Part shown: positions 46,901-61,900 of the stretch, piece by piece | How the letters are laid out: every line of letters starts with the position of its first letter | How positions within the stretch are numbered: the first letter of the stretch is position 1 | Source: Antedon mediterranea | Lineage: Eukaryota; Animalia; Echinodermata | DNA length: 64,000 nt | NCBI RefSeq assembly: GCF_964355755.1 | Contig: NC_092672.1 | Coordinates: 10,912,001 to 10,976,000 of the forward strand | Reading direction: 5' to 3' | Notes under the pieces: model-generated | What the model saw: the letters and a program-made list of their open reading frames with translations, nothing else | Database searches by the model: none | What the model was told of the DNA's origin: nothing | Position numbers and translations under genes: made by a program

Positions 46901-49900
46901 TCCTATAGGCCTGTACCTTAAAGGATTTAACCGGTCCCTAAACATGGTTTGATCAGTAGCTTTAGGTTTCACTAATCGAAAACAAATACCTTCTGCAATT
47001 TCCCCACAAAACAGCATGAGTTTGAATTCTTTCTGCCACTTTTTATCCACATTCTTTGTAAAATTTCGAAATAGATCACGAAGTAAAAACATAATAATCC
47101 CCATACTAGACATTATACATTCTTTTGTTATGATATTAATTTGCATGTTTGCAGACATAAGTGGACTTCCCAAATTAAGGCCTCAGGAAAATATTTGAAA
47201 CATTCTTATTATTTTTATTACATTTCCAAAGCCATAAATTATGAATGATATTTTATAAAAATGTAAGTCAAGTTTAATAAGTTGAAATAATATATTTTTT
47301 TCTGTTTTTATCATCACAAAACAATATGTACAGTATGTATAATCATGGAGAATTATTTCTCCATGGTATAATGCATAACACTTTAATGTAAACAAATAAA
47401 AACATAATTGCAAAGTATCTTGACTTTATAAACATTATAATGTAAAATATAAGAATTGGGAAAAGTGATCAAAATTCAAGAAGTTATTAGGTGGATTGTA
47501 ATAGTGTTTCCTTGTTGTATTATTGTTGTATACTTTTTGGCATATAATATATCTGAAATAAAAGAATGAATAACAAGGTATTACAAATTACAAGATGTAT
47601 TGTGGATTTTTTTTAAAAGGTAATTACACATTAAAATTCAATGCGACTACTTTGTTAGCTTCTTATAAGATTTCCTTGATTTTAGAGACCAGTAAGGTTA
47701 ATCATCACCTTTTATAAAAGCTAATGGAATGGATTATCATGTTCCTTTTAAGTGAATATATTAACCCTGGTTTTTTATAATAGCCAAATTTATATTAACA
47801 TTTGGGATCAAAAAGCAGTCATTTGTACTCTGATATAGCAAGCTTTAATTGGTTTAGAATAACCAAGGTGAGATAGGCCCAAAAAGAACACACTTAACTT
47901 AAAATTTATTTTGTTAACAGAAAGCAAGGCAAATATACCTTCATGATGTTACTATATTTAAATGATAACACAGCTCTTTAAGTTTTCAACTGTGTACACA
48001 GATTGTTTGCTAGTTGATTACTATGTAGACACTGCGACACAGCCTATATGTAGCTTTCCCAAGGAGAATACGAAACACAAACCACACACTGTTTGTTGGC
48101 AATGCAAAATAAAAGCTTGTGTTCTATCTAGAACTAAAGTAAATGATTTCTTTTGATAATTTTTTAATGCGATTGCAAGCTAAGGTTAATAATGTATACT
48201 TAAAACGAGAAAGATATCGTGCAAGGTTTGTAAGGTACTTAACGAATTATGTAAATTTTAAAAGATAATAGAAAATTTGTAAAAATAAGGAGTTTAAACT
48301 TATTCAATAACATTGAAAGAGACCACCAATGTAAGGCTCCATTTTGACGTTTAACTTACTTTGTTGTTGTTGGATATAGCTTTCTTTAATTTGGACTTGT
48401 CATCAGTTGTAGGCTGCCTTTTCCTTAGTGCCTGCTAGAATACAAACATCTAGTTAATTTATTGACTTGCTAAATTAACCCAGACATTTAACCCATTTAT
48501 ATAAGTAAAAGTAATGAGTTTAACAGAGAATGTTTTAAGAGTTATATTATACACACTAATAATATAGCTTTAGGTACATTTTGAAGTCAGTTTAGTCTTG
48601 TTATTATAACATGATAATTGGTTTGATTTATACGGAAATATTAAGCATTTCTTAAACCAGGTTTGACAACTGCCCAAGTGTATTTTCTTTCTATGATCTA
48701 ATTTAAGTTTAATTTACTCAAATCAGCCTGCCAGAGGTTACTAAAATTTCTTGCCTATTTTTTTGTAGGTTTGAAATAAAAATAGTTTTTTTTCTGTTTA
48801 TATCCGAATGTTGCAAATATTAGCAGACTGTACAATTTATATTTATCCTAATTTAAACTTATGCTACAGTAATATTCAAATGATTTGGGATCTGTCACTT
48901 TATCGCATGTATGATTTTTTCAAAAAAACTATCCTGAATTTAAACGGACAACTCCAAGTCATATGAATACAATTAAACAATTAAGGTGATCCAAACCATT
49001 ACGGATCTTTCTCACTATAAGACGTGTATTCATGAATAATAATCATCCATTTTAACTGTGGCGAGAGTCGTTTTCACATTTACCTCAGGCTAAGGTTCAT
49101 TTTAAGGTTCATTTTAAGCCAGGCCATAGCACTTACAGTATGGTACTATATTTGAACAGGATAGAATAATACAAACACTTAACATAAAATATGATCATAG
49201 GTCTACAGTAGAGTAGTAGAAGTATACCAACAGAATAGCACTACTTTCAGATTTATGTAAAAATATTTTGGTATCTTTGAATTGGTTTTAATTTGGTATA
49301 TAGCTCAGGCAAACAACTTCCTTTATAGGGTAATTGGATATTCCTGTGCATTTACTGACTAAATATTGATAGTAGCGCGCGAGTACTTAAAGCACGCCAA
49401 TAACTACCTGAATCCCCCCCGAGATTATAGTTTTAATTACTTAAAAAAATTAGAGAACAGACAAAGAACATTCATGCATACATGTCTCATTTGAACACTT
49501 TATGAGAATTCTTTAATCATCTTTTTGTTGTTTAGTAAATCTATCTAGCTTTTGTTTAATAGTTAAAATTGAATACTTCTAAATGATTTTTAATTTTCAA
49601 TGTATTTGTTTTGAGTTTTTGTCTTGTGAAAAATCACAATGGATTTTGTTCTGTATTGTAACTTAAATAATTTAAAATTAAGCATTTTTTTAATCATAAG
49701 GCAGGTCATATCATATATCATATCAAAATTGTGGTTAGAACTCTACTTGCGAACCAGTATACCGTCTCTACATATGCAATCTCATTTCCTTCCACATAAT
49801 TACTTAAGTAAACTTTCATGTTGTCTTGTCATTTTATTGTCTTTTTCCAATTGACGAGAGTTCACCTCGGTCATATGGGGATTATTTTCCGTCTATGCTT

Positions 49901-52900
49901 GTGCGACTGACTCGGCCGCGATGTTTACAATTTTGTCTTTAGCACCTGTGTAGAATTTCATTGACGAAATGTAAACCAAGTTTGAATAAAATGCAAAGAA
50001 GGTGATTCAAAATGAAAGTAGTTTTAAGGTACAAAATAACATTGTCAGTAAACCATGCGAAAATTACAATTTTAATTTCTAAATGAAAAGAAAGTGGAAA
50101 TTCATACGTACATTTCCATTAAGAGTGTGTAGAAAGACATGTCATCACAAGTAAACTTTAAATTAGAGATAAATAATTTGAACATTTTACTAAGGCACTG
50201 GAAAGAGCAATTCCTTGTGCTGACATAGATATATTGGCATCTTGACAGCCTCTCTGAATGTTTTTCGTGACATCGCTTCAAATGAGGTGTAATATACCAA
50301 GTAAGCTATCACATAATATATTGATGAGGCAAACGGCTGACAGTATGCAACCGATTATACATTCAATCAATCAATCAAATAAACGTAATGGAGAAATAAA
50401 AGCGAGGAAGTTATCACCAGTAGCAGTTAAAGCAATGATTGTAATTAGCATAAAGGAAGGGGGTTGATGGTTAAAGGCAAAATTTAAAAAAAATGTTAGT
50501 TTCACATCTAGGATTTTGACTCTTTTTTAAAGGACTTTATTATGGTAGATTAGCTATTGTGAGAATGTAAGTCTAAAAGTGCATTTGCCAAATACACACC
50601 TCGACCGAATACTTCAACAAAAAGACCCTTGAGTGATTCTTTCAAATTTTGGTTCTGAATATGAACATTTTTAAATAAAAAAATGTATTTTTTTTGTCTC
50701 ATTTTTATAATAAATTGTATAAGAAAGTATATAACAAATTCAGCTTACTAGTTGGTTAAAAGCAACTTAAAATCTACAGTACTAGTAGTTTTAAATGTAA
50801 AGTAAATGGCGTAAGACTATTGATGCCAATTTGTACCTGATTTGTAATGCATTTGTTTGTCTAGTACGACAGTTAGATGACTGATTATGAAAAATGCTTG
50901 CAGTTAGCAATCTCAAGATATTTATTAAGTTGGCACTCGCTGCTGCTATAACATCAATGCTATAACATAGTACGCCAAAACACATTAAGGTTATCTGTCT
51001 CATAATCCGTTCTATACATTCAAAAATATTAAAATTCTCGTAAGAGCTTTATAATATGAAAAATAATTTAGAAATGGATAACATGTATTTTTAGTAGATA
51101 CGATATTGTTATGTATTCTTAGATTTCATTTAGCTGGTTTATTGCAAATTTGATTTTTTGGAACGTAAAAAGTTGTTTCAAATCTAGTTTGTATTAAACT
51201 TGAATTTATGTAAAAGTAATGTAATTATTTCCTTTAAAAACAAAAACATAAAAGCAACAAAGTTTTCAGTCAAACAACAGAAATCATTTTAAATGACTTA
51301 TATTTCCAGAATGTTAACAGTATTATCACATGAGTCTTTAAATGTAAATAAAATACATTATTCATTTTAAAGGCACATATAGGCTAATTATACATTAATT
51401 AAGAACATTTGTACTTTATTTTACACATTATCTTGTCCATAACTAAGGCGTATACCCCGAAACTATAGTTGAACTTTAAGATGCTACAACCCAAGGTTAG
51501 AAAATGTTCTTGAACTAAACTTAAAAAAAAAAAAATTCGTCAAGGTGATTCTTACGCAGTTAAAAAACTTCTAAACTATATTATCAATAGATTCTTAAGG
51601 AGCTAGTCTCCTGGTAAACTGGTTGCCTTGTTTCACAATTCTTAAAGCAGTTCCAAACTGCACAAGGTAAATGGCCTAAAGAAAACTTAATTCCTTGATT
51701 GCTATTCTCCAAAGAGTGTCAGTCAAAATAAACAATTGTTTATTTGTAACCCAGTTAAAGTGATTAATAAAAAGAAAACGTTCTTGTCTATAACAGCCAA
51801 CATCGCCCGGAGGCTTTCTGATTTTCTTATTGTAGAACTAAGCAAAGTTGATGGTAAAATAGGTTAGTGGTTGCTAAAGCAAGAGGGCCTTTCATCGGGT
51901 TGTTAACTTGGATTGTATCTCAGATTGCCTGAAGGGTTTCAAGTTAGAATTCTATTTGAACGTTTAAGATTTGAGTGGAACAAGTTCAAAAACAATCCTC
52001 TAGTTAGTCACAGCTCTGGGATTTGTTATTTAATTTGGATGTTTGCCGTTACCAATTTCTTCCAATTTCCAAATATACTTTAAGAATTGAAATTTCTATT
52101 TGTATTAGTTGAGTTGTTTTTTTAGTTGCTCTATTTTCTTTGCATTTCCGCTCTAAACATACGATATTCATTGGCAACAATAAACCAGGTCATTTTAAAT
52201 CAGATTGTTCCTTCAGAACAGAGAGAGATACAAACAAATGTATTTATCTAATTGGTTTTGTTTTAATAGACAGGTGGTACCATAAACTGCTGGTAAAATC
52301 TCATTTTGAATATGAATGATGTTGTTAATAGAATATTAAGTAATTAGTAATAAGAACTACAAAGAAGCAAATTATTTTTTACAAGAACAATATTACTACT
52401 CTTTTGAACAGATTTTCAAGAACAATAGTTTTTACAGTAAAGTAGTACGCTTATTATTGCCTTAGCCATGAGTGTGTACTAATAGTCTTGCTCAACTTTT
52501 GATATCAGATGAATTAATAGCTTCATTGAAAGTATAGATAGAGGTATGCAGTTGTGATGGAAACAGATAAAATGTTGGAACTATCAGGTGTTTTTAGTTG
52601 TATGATGTTGCATGAACAAGATAAGAAAACAACAAGCGGTCTGATAATTGAATCTGTTTATGGTATCACATATATGTTAATTAATTCTCTAATTGGCTTC
52701 TTTTCCTTGAGGGACACTCCTGCACACTCTTTCCAGGGACCTGTTGTAATTGGAAAAATAAATAATGGCAACTTTTGTTCCGTCAAAAAGTAGTGTTGTA
52801 GAATTAGGCCAACCATAAAAGACCAAAACTTTTCAGGAATTTATTACATAAAGACTTCATTCATTTGCATAATGTTTCTATTCTTCTGCAGATTTAATGT

Positions 52901-55900
52901 ACAACAAGTTATGATTTGGAAAATAATAAAAATAATTGTTGTTATTTATTGTTTTTAATAGTTGACTGAGATAATTACAGTAAACAATTTTGGCAGTTAG
53001 CATGTTTTTTTTAACGATATAGATTAGTATACCAAGTTCATCCTTGATTTGATTGATTTTAATTATTTTCACTATCTCCATTTTAATTATAGTAATAATA
53101 CTCCTTAAGTTTTTGCAGGTGTCCGACTGTTACTATTTACAAAATATTTTATTGAATACTGTCAACATTTAGTTATTTCTTTTGGATTTGCTAATTTGGA
53201 TTTATATGATACTGTAACACGTACATATATATAAATAATATAGATGCAATTGCATGAATAATATCTGGAAAATGTGGCAAAGATGTTGCAATTTTAACCC
53301 CTGTCTCTGTAATTCTCATCATTTAAGTTAATATTTAACTTGTCTTATTATGAGATTCCTGAAGAATTCAATAAATGTCTATTAAAAAAAAACATTTTTC
53401 TATAAAGTAGGCAGTGAATCATTGAAAACAAAAGAATGTAGTTACCGTATATGTGGGATTCTTAGGTCTTACAGATGCTGTTCACATTACGAAAGTTTCA
53501 CTTTTTATGCTATGAAATCCAAAGAGCACCTAGGGAAAAATAAGCAATAATGTATTCATATAAAATCATGACATTTCTTGCATTACATCATGTCCATCAT
53601 CAGTTTTGTGGCCTTGTGGTTCATTCAGTTATGATCAGCCAGGGAACTTTAGACCCGGTTGTTTAGGCCAAAATTTACGAGTTCTTAATCAGGTTTGGAG
53701 TTTTTAGCACAGGGTATTGTACCTGTTTCATGCAAATAAGTAAAGCATAGGTTTCATGCAGTCTTGTTAAGAAGAAAATTTATGATAGTTTCGATGTGGT
53801 TGTGAACTATTGGTTGGAACATGTGCAAACTGGGACATGTGCTGACTTCATTGCGATACCATGGGGAGGATTTTGTACCTTGGGGAGGGGGAAAAAGTAA
53901 ACCAATACCATGTGCAATCATCACATATCAAATTATCTCATGATGAAATTAAAGTACTATATAATTGAATATGAAACCAAAGATGATTGCCGGCCTATTT
54001 TCCAAATTACCATATTAAGTAATAATTTATATGATCCCAATTTTGTTCTATAAAGAGTTTACAAATTGTGAAAAAAATGAAGAAGTAAGACAGATTAAAA
54101 TTTCAGCATATATTTCAAAACACTTTAGATTGTTAAAATATACTATAATATTCGTTTATGATTGATAATTGAAAATAATAAGTTATTTTCAAAATAGTTA
54201 TATGTCATATCGGCCTATCTTTTCTCTATCTTTCTTTAGATCTAGAACAATAAATTGTCATAACGAACAGTTCATCAGTCAAATAGACTTAACCGAAATA
54301 CTATAGTAATGCTATAATGCCACTTGCTGTCATTACATCGCGATCTGTCTTATTTAGTTATTTTCTCCATCCATTATGTAATTTTAGATCTATACTAAAT
54401 GTCCTTTGTTCTGTTTTGTTTAAAAAAAACATTCTCAACTTCAAAACATTACATGTATTTGCTAACTGTAAAATAACTGTTTCTCCTACTTTACTACATT
54501 GCAACTGTATATAATACAGGTAACTGGGGACCATGTTAGAATGATTCTACTACAGTTTACTGTAGTGACTTCTTTTTCTTCAATAGCATGATTTTAGTTT
54601 AGTTTTAGTCAAGTAGAAGTCAATATCACAGTTACCAGTAATGTTAAAAAGTTAGCAGACCTAACCTTAAACAAATTGTTCAACAAATATAATATACCTT
54701 TTGCTTGAAAACTAGATGTTTATCAAAATTCCTTTTGACAAAGATTTTAACTACAAATTTGCGTTATCCGTCGAGTAAACATGGACGGCCATTCATTCAT
54801 ATGTAGTATTCTAAAGGGACGTTTGAAATTTGATATCACTAACTTATCTTCAGCTGCCTCTATCCATATTTTGTGCACATCAATAATATATGCAAAGTTC
54901 AGTCAACACCTGTTTCAAAGTAAACTATTATATGGACATCCAAGAGATAATAATTTTAGAATAACTCTCTTGTAATATGTTGACAGATTATTTTGTTTTT
55001 GGCAAAGTAAAAAGCTCAAGATGAATGAATCTGAAACTAAGAATGTTATGTCAATGTACATAGGTATATATCTGTTTTAAGAATGAATGAATCTGAAACT
55101 GAATGAATCTGAAACTAAGAATGTTATGTCAATGTGAACATAGGTATATATCTGTTTTTATACTATACAAAAGACAAAGAACTGAACCTTCTTATACTTT
55201 AGGTAGGAAACGTAAAGTGGCGGAAGTAAATTTATATACATTTAAATTTTAATGTGTAATAAATAGTTGAATTCTTTTAAATGTACTATCTATTCAAAGA
55301 ACTATAAAGTTCGGTACATATGTTCTCAAACCTAGATTGGAATAAGCACTTCAAAAAATTGTGTTAATCTGAACAATAACATGATTTTACTTGATAAATA
55401 ATGTTATCAGTTATTCCATCAACCATGCTTTGTGTCTTAGCCTCAGGTTGTTGGTATAAAATAGTGTGCATGGGTATACACAACAATTGTAGAAGGGAGG
55501 TATGGAATAGTTCAGTTAATAGTTTTAAATTATTGTACCCTAATATGCTTTCATTAGTACTTGCTTTGTAGGCAAGAAAGCATACTGTCAAGAAATATTC
55601 CTTCTGTATTTCCTCTTACCAAAAATGAACATTTTGGAAAATATGTTTTAAATTAACATCTTATTTTTAATATGTTCTCAAAACAATAGAAATTATGACA
55701 TATAGTAAAAAATACCACATAAACAAGAGATGACATTTATTGTTATAAATAAAGGTAAAATTTGATTTAATAAGTGTTTTTATAACAAATAAAATATTTA
55801 TTAATCATTAATCTTGTTTCAAATGAAAATTTTCATTTACAACGCATTAAAATGATATTCACATTACATGGTGTATTCAATTATAATCCTGTGATCGACG

Positions 55901-58900
55901 TGTAATTTACTGTTCAGTGAAATAATCATAAAACAAAAGACATTATTAGTGGCTGTTATGTCAGTGTATCTAAATGTAGTAATATATCATATGGTATTTG
56001 GTACTATCCCTGCAAACAAGCCGCTGAAATGTTGTCCATTTTAAAGAGTGGTAAACGAATCTGTTATTTATCACCTCAATATAACCGGCTGCAGAATATC
56101 TTCATCAAAGGTGCGTTTTTATCGTTGAAATACGCATTGGTTTTAGTCTTTGTCACAAAACAGCATTTAATGATGAGTTATATATTAGCTCATTGAAGCA
56201 GTAAATCCGCCACTGATATGAGTTGGTCACCGACTGTGAAAATTCATGGCTTCGTGGATCATGTTTCCGTAGCTTTGCAAAACTTGTTTTTCTGAAAGAG
56301 ATCTGAATTAACATAGACAATGCATTATATTGCATTCAGTTAGGCCTAATTGCAACCCGATTGACAGCAAAGCGATAAGTGGAAAAAAAATATCTTGTAC
56401 GTGTTATTTTCACTAGAGACTTTGTATCCATAAATGGTACACGAGTGACAGATAAACTAAATACACTTTGACGTTTTTAAATTGAAAGTTGTATCTGAAT
56501 GTTTAAAAAAGATTTTCTGTTTGTGAAATAATTTAAAAGGTCTACGTATTGATTTGAGTTGAATACAGTGTGGTATATCCATCATTGCTCCAACTAATAT
56601 CAAATTGATAGGAAAGTGGGATATTAATATTTATTATTTATATTTTCAAAATTCATTATTATTAATTAAACATGGATTTAATTATAATTAAGAATATTAT
56701 GAATGTTATAAAAAATGATTTAGATATAATTAAATTTAAATTATTATTACAATGAATTTTATTAAAATTTAGACCTAGTTCTATATTACATGACAATGCA
56801 GTCATGTTTTGAATGTTGATAGTACTCGGTTAAAACAACTTTCTAGTCACATAGACATGCGGTCTTAAATAACATATGAATATACTGTACTACGAACTAG
56901 TTAATTTCTGTCCATTAAAAATCAACATGCTAACTCTATCTCAAAGCAAGTCATAAAAAATTAAATATTGAGAGGAAAAAAAAAGTTAAAGTTGAAATGT
57001 TAATGACAGATTATACTGAGGAGAGATAACTCACCAGAGACTTGGCATATTTGAATGTTTTCAATTTGTATGAGATGTGAAATAGTCAACGTGTCCCTTA
57101 TAGGCCTTTTGACTCATCTCATGAATTCACCAGATTTTAAAAAATATATTCATTTATAGTATAAGAAATGGTTTCATTTGAGTGATTTTACAAATTAAAA
57201 AAAACAGATAGTATAACTAGTATATATGGTTAAATTTTTGTGGAAAAGGAGATTTTTCAAATCAATTACTTTGTTCTCACAACGCTTTTTGACTGATTTA
57301 AAATAAATTGTAATAAATCTGGAATAAATTGAATTAAATATCAATTTCATATGCAGAGCACAATGACTTGATAGATAAATGATTTTAATTTTAAATAATT
57401 AGCATCAGGTTGACGTTGTTATCAAATTCTTGCATTTCGTGGTTCGGTGTTGAATTGAGGTGGACGTCTGCATCTCCTGGTGGACGTCTGTATTGCCTGT
57501 GGCCTTAAACCGCGCCTGATATGTTAATTTCACCATAACAAATTTGCCTATGTTCATCATGCATAATAATCCTTGTCACATCTTGGCGGGATTGGCCGCA
57601 CTTTACTGTTACATCCCCATCCAAAACGTGACTATTAACATCGCATTTGGGATGAATGTAGTAACGTCGAAGGTGGTTGTTCTTTTTCTGTGCGTGCTTA
57701 GACGATAAAAATGCAAATGCTTTCACGATAGTCTCTGTGGGATGTACCATTATCTGCCTGAGGGAGGGTCAGGTATTGATTTGGTAATTGATACAGGTGA
57801 TCATGTGATATTCCAGATGGCACACGGTTGGTTACCTATTATAGTTCTCCGACCCTAAACTTTTAATGTCCTTACTAGATAGGTTGTTTGCAAGTTAAAA
57901 CCAATATTATTTCTGAATACTATATTTTAAATTTAATTATCAATTTTATTTCATTTTGTATGGGAAAATTTGATTTTTCAATCATAGGCACGGGCATATA
58001 TATATCATCATAATATTTTGTGACAAACTATATGTTTTTACCATAAAACAAATCTGTTAGTAGACATACAATTGTATCATGAATTTTTGCAATAAATTAC
58101 CACACAGAATATGTGAGAGAGTATAATAAATATTTTTTAACAACATACAATGTATAACTGAGCTGTTTTGAAACTTTCACGTTTTACACGCTTCACAGAT
58201 ATTGAAACGTTAATTATCTACATCATTAAAATGTAATTACTGGTACTATAATTGTATAAAATCAACTGTCCATTAAAAATGGTTGTAAATCAAAAACTTT
58301 AGATTTATATTGCAGTAAATTCAAAAATAATAATAGTAAAATGAAACATAATTTACTTTCACCAAATTTGAAATTTTAGGTTATTTTTCATTATAGAAAA
58401 TAAATTACAATTTTCAAGGATTTAGTTATCAAATTCTAAAATTTCCAACAGCATATAATTGCTCTGTCAGAAAATCATTTTTTTTTCTTTATTTTTAGTG
58501 TGTGTTTAAAAATATTAAAACAAGTAAATTCTAAAAAAAATTATAAAAGTTGCAAGCCAGAAAATGTATCCAAAACGTAACCTTTCTTAAAAAATGATAA
58601 GTGTGTTTTTTAGAATCTAATAGTTTTTAGTTATAGCACTTAGCCAGCAACAAAATGTAAATTTCCATTAAGAAGAATTATTTAAACGGGCTATTTAATC
58701 AAATGTCCCAGGCCAATTAAAAAAAAACAATCAAGTTTGTTCTTCCAAAACGGAACTCATAACATCACGAACTTCTTGTTGTTGTTAAAACAAAAAAGTA
58801 ATTAATTAATTAGCAATGACAGTGATAGCTTTGTGTTATTATCTATTGCAACAAATTAATACTTTTTAAAATTTAATGATTTTGTAGATTTATCTTCAAA

Positions 58901-61900
58901 TATTATTTGAGGATTCTGTTGTTGTGTCCAGCACCTTAGGCTAATTATGAACCTTTTTATTGACATTTGTTGATAACATTTTGAGGCACCTTCAATTCTG
59001 CTAGGCTTATTTTATTGTGTTGATAGATAAGAAGATATTGAGTACCTATCACCAAGGCCTAACCAGCAAGACATTAAACTATTTAACTCCTCAATTATAG
59101 AAAGGATAATAAATACAGACTTTCTAAACATTTGTGTTTATTTAATGTAAAACTAGAATGTTTTTACAAACTGTTTTACATTGTTTTCATGTAAAACAAT
59201 TAATTTAACTTTTATTAAATTTTTCGTATGTTATACAAACATATTTTCATCTGTGTGAACGTTTTTGACTAAAACTTTGTACAACTTAGTATATTAAGAT
59301 CAATTATACTTATTTATGGAACCGGCATCTAGGCTGTTGAATTTTGACAATGGGGCGAAGGTTTACCCCTGCACATTTTGAGTGTGCTTAAATGTGTAAG
59401 CCATGTCTCAATCAATACAGGACAATGCAAGTCAATAAGGTTACATGGAAAAACAACCCATTAAAAATGAACAATCAAGAAGATCGGAATGTGATTATAT
59501 TATCTTTTAGAAAAACCCTGTCAATGTAAATATACAGAACAAAAATTGTACTAATATATTGCATTTTTCAGTGCTTAATTTAACAATTTTTTCATATCTT
59601 TAATATTATTATCTTTTCTTGTAGCATGTGACATAGGGAGTTACAAGCATGGTGTAAGTTCAGACTCTTGTAGTGACTGTCCAGCACGTAGCATTGCTTT
59701 ATTCAGTGCAATGACCGAATGCACATGTAATGTGGGATATTTCCGTGCTCTAACGGACGCAGCTTCAGACCCTTGTACAGGTAGGACATTTTCACATTTT
59801 AACTTCTCACAGTTCGGTTGAAGAATATAGACAAATATATAGACCAGTACACTGACTTTGATTTGTACCTACTACTCTAAGCATTTTATACAAGCATCTC
59901 CCCTTTTCCCTTGAGCAAGTGTACATTAGATAAGGTACTACTAGGTTTTGCTATTATAAACAGATTTTATATTAGTTTGTCAAATTAATACTGTTAATAT
60001 TTTGTTAGGACCACCATCCGAACCTACAAATGTAAGAGCAGAAGTGAACCAACAAACATCAGTCATCACGTTGACATGGTCTCCTCCACACGACGAAGGA
60101 GGGCGCTCGGATGTGTCCTATTGGATAGAGTGCCGTCAATGCCCAAGCGATGTTAAGTTCACTCCGAGTGGCGAACTCACCATGTTAGAGGTTAACATCA
60201 GTAGGTTGTCGTCTTACACAGAATATGAATTCCGAATTCACACACGTAATGGTGTCTCTGATCTCAGTCGTGTTGACAACTTTATGCAAATCAACGCCAC
60301 AACTTTTTCCTCTGGTAAGTCTGACAATCTCTATGTTTCTGTGTATATACTTTCTATTCTATTATAAAGTTTATCAAAGATTTTTGTATTCAAAATAAAT
60401 GCATTTTGTATTCAAAATGGCGTCGTCAATCAACATTTAGGAAAATTGGGGTAATGGTGATATAACTAGAAAAGATAATACAGACAAAAGTATACATCAA
60501 TAGTATTGTACACATTAATATACAACTCAATCTTAGAGGTAGATACACATTTAATAGTTTTGTATACAATCGTTTACAATACATTTGTATTTACGTGAGC
60601 TAATAATAGTTGTGTACAGTGGATCTGGTAATCCTTATTTGTATACCTTTTCAACTAAATTCCATTTTGGCTCTTCTTTCTATTATGTTAGTATTGTGTC
60701 ATTGTCATTTGTTACACAACAGTTTATTGTATAATAAAAATACTAAACATTCTTCTTTTGTTCATTCTATTAGAAATAACCATAAGATTTCAAACTTTAC
60801 GTCTGAAAACTATAAATCTCAAGTTATTTATAACAGTTTATTAATTTATTTCACTCCCCTGGATAATTTTTACTTTGCTTAATATTAATAACCTTTGGTA
60901 GAATGTAACTATAGGTCACATCAACCAAGATGTTAGTTATGTCTTCCTATAACTGTTCATTTTGGTTATAAAAACAGATTAATCATAATTTTGTTATTAG
61001 TGAGTGAGCATGTCAACAGTCATCTAGCAGTGTGTTAGAGCCTATGCCAATCATTAGGAATGGAAGGAGGCAGAATAACACAATAAACATTACATTCTTT
61101 AAACTATATGTTATAATAATGATAATATGATTACTCTATTATCATTTTATTTCTTTTGCTATAAGTAAATTGTGGTTAAACTGTAAGATTTGAATTAAAA
61201 CTTCCAAAACCAAGCTAATTATACTATCAATAAATGACTACTGTATGGTTACAACTCAACTATGTTAACATACTTTAAGTCCTGTATAAATTTAAATCCG
61301 TTTTATATACCTAACTTTAGGTCCCCATTTAATATCTAATCATGAAACCTAAAAATATAACAAAATTCCCTTTTCTTACAATTATTTTATTCTGTTCATA
61401 ATTGTTTTGGAATAGACTGACCTGTGATTAGAAGCACTTGACAAGTCCTACAAGGTTATTAGTATCTGTAGTAATTAGTTTGGCCTCTCTTCTGTATTGT
61501 ATGTCTGTTATATAGTTAACTAATTATCCAATTGATACTTCATGTATTACTTCCTTTATTATTTTATTACAACTTAAGTGTCCATCTTTTGCACATTAAA
61601 ACTCATCTCAACTCCTAACAAATGTATTTGTAGTACAGAACGTACACATTGTACGTTCTATAGTAGAACCACTCTCCTTTGGTACTGTACATTACTAGTC
61701 AGAAGTAAAGACAAACAAAAAGCAATATATGTTTTAACATTACGGCTAACCTCTATTCCATTCTATAAAAGGGATCCCATTGTGGCTGATAAAATAGAAT
61801 AGAATATGGTGAAACTCCTATTAAGGGTACATATTTGGGACTTATTAACTATAAATAGGGATTGGACATAGTGTTAAAACAAACATTGCCTTTGTTTGTT

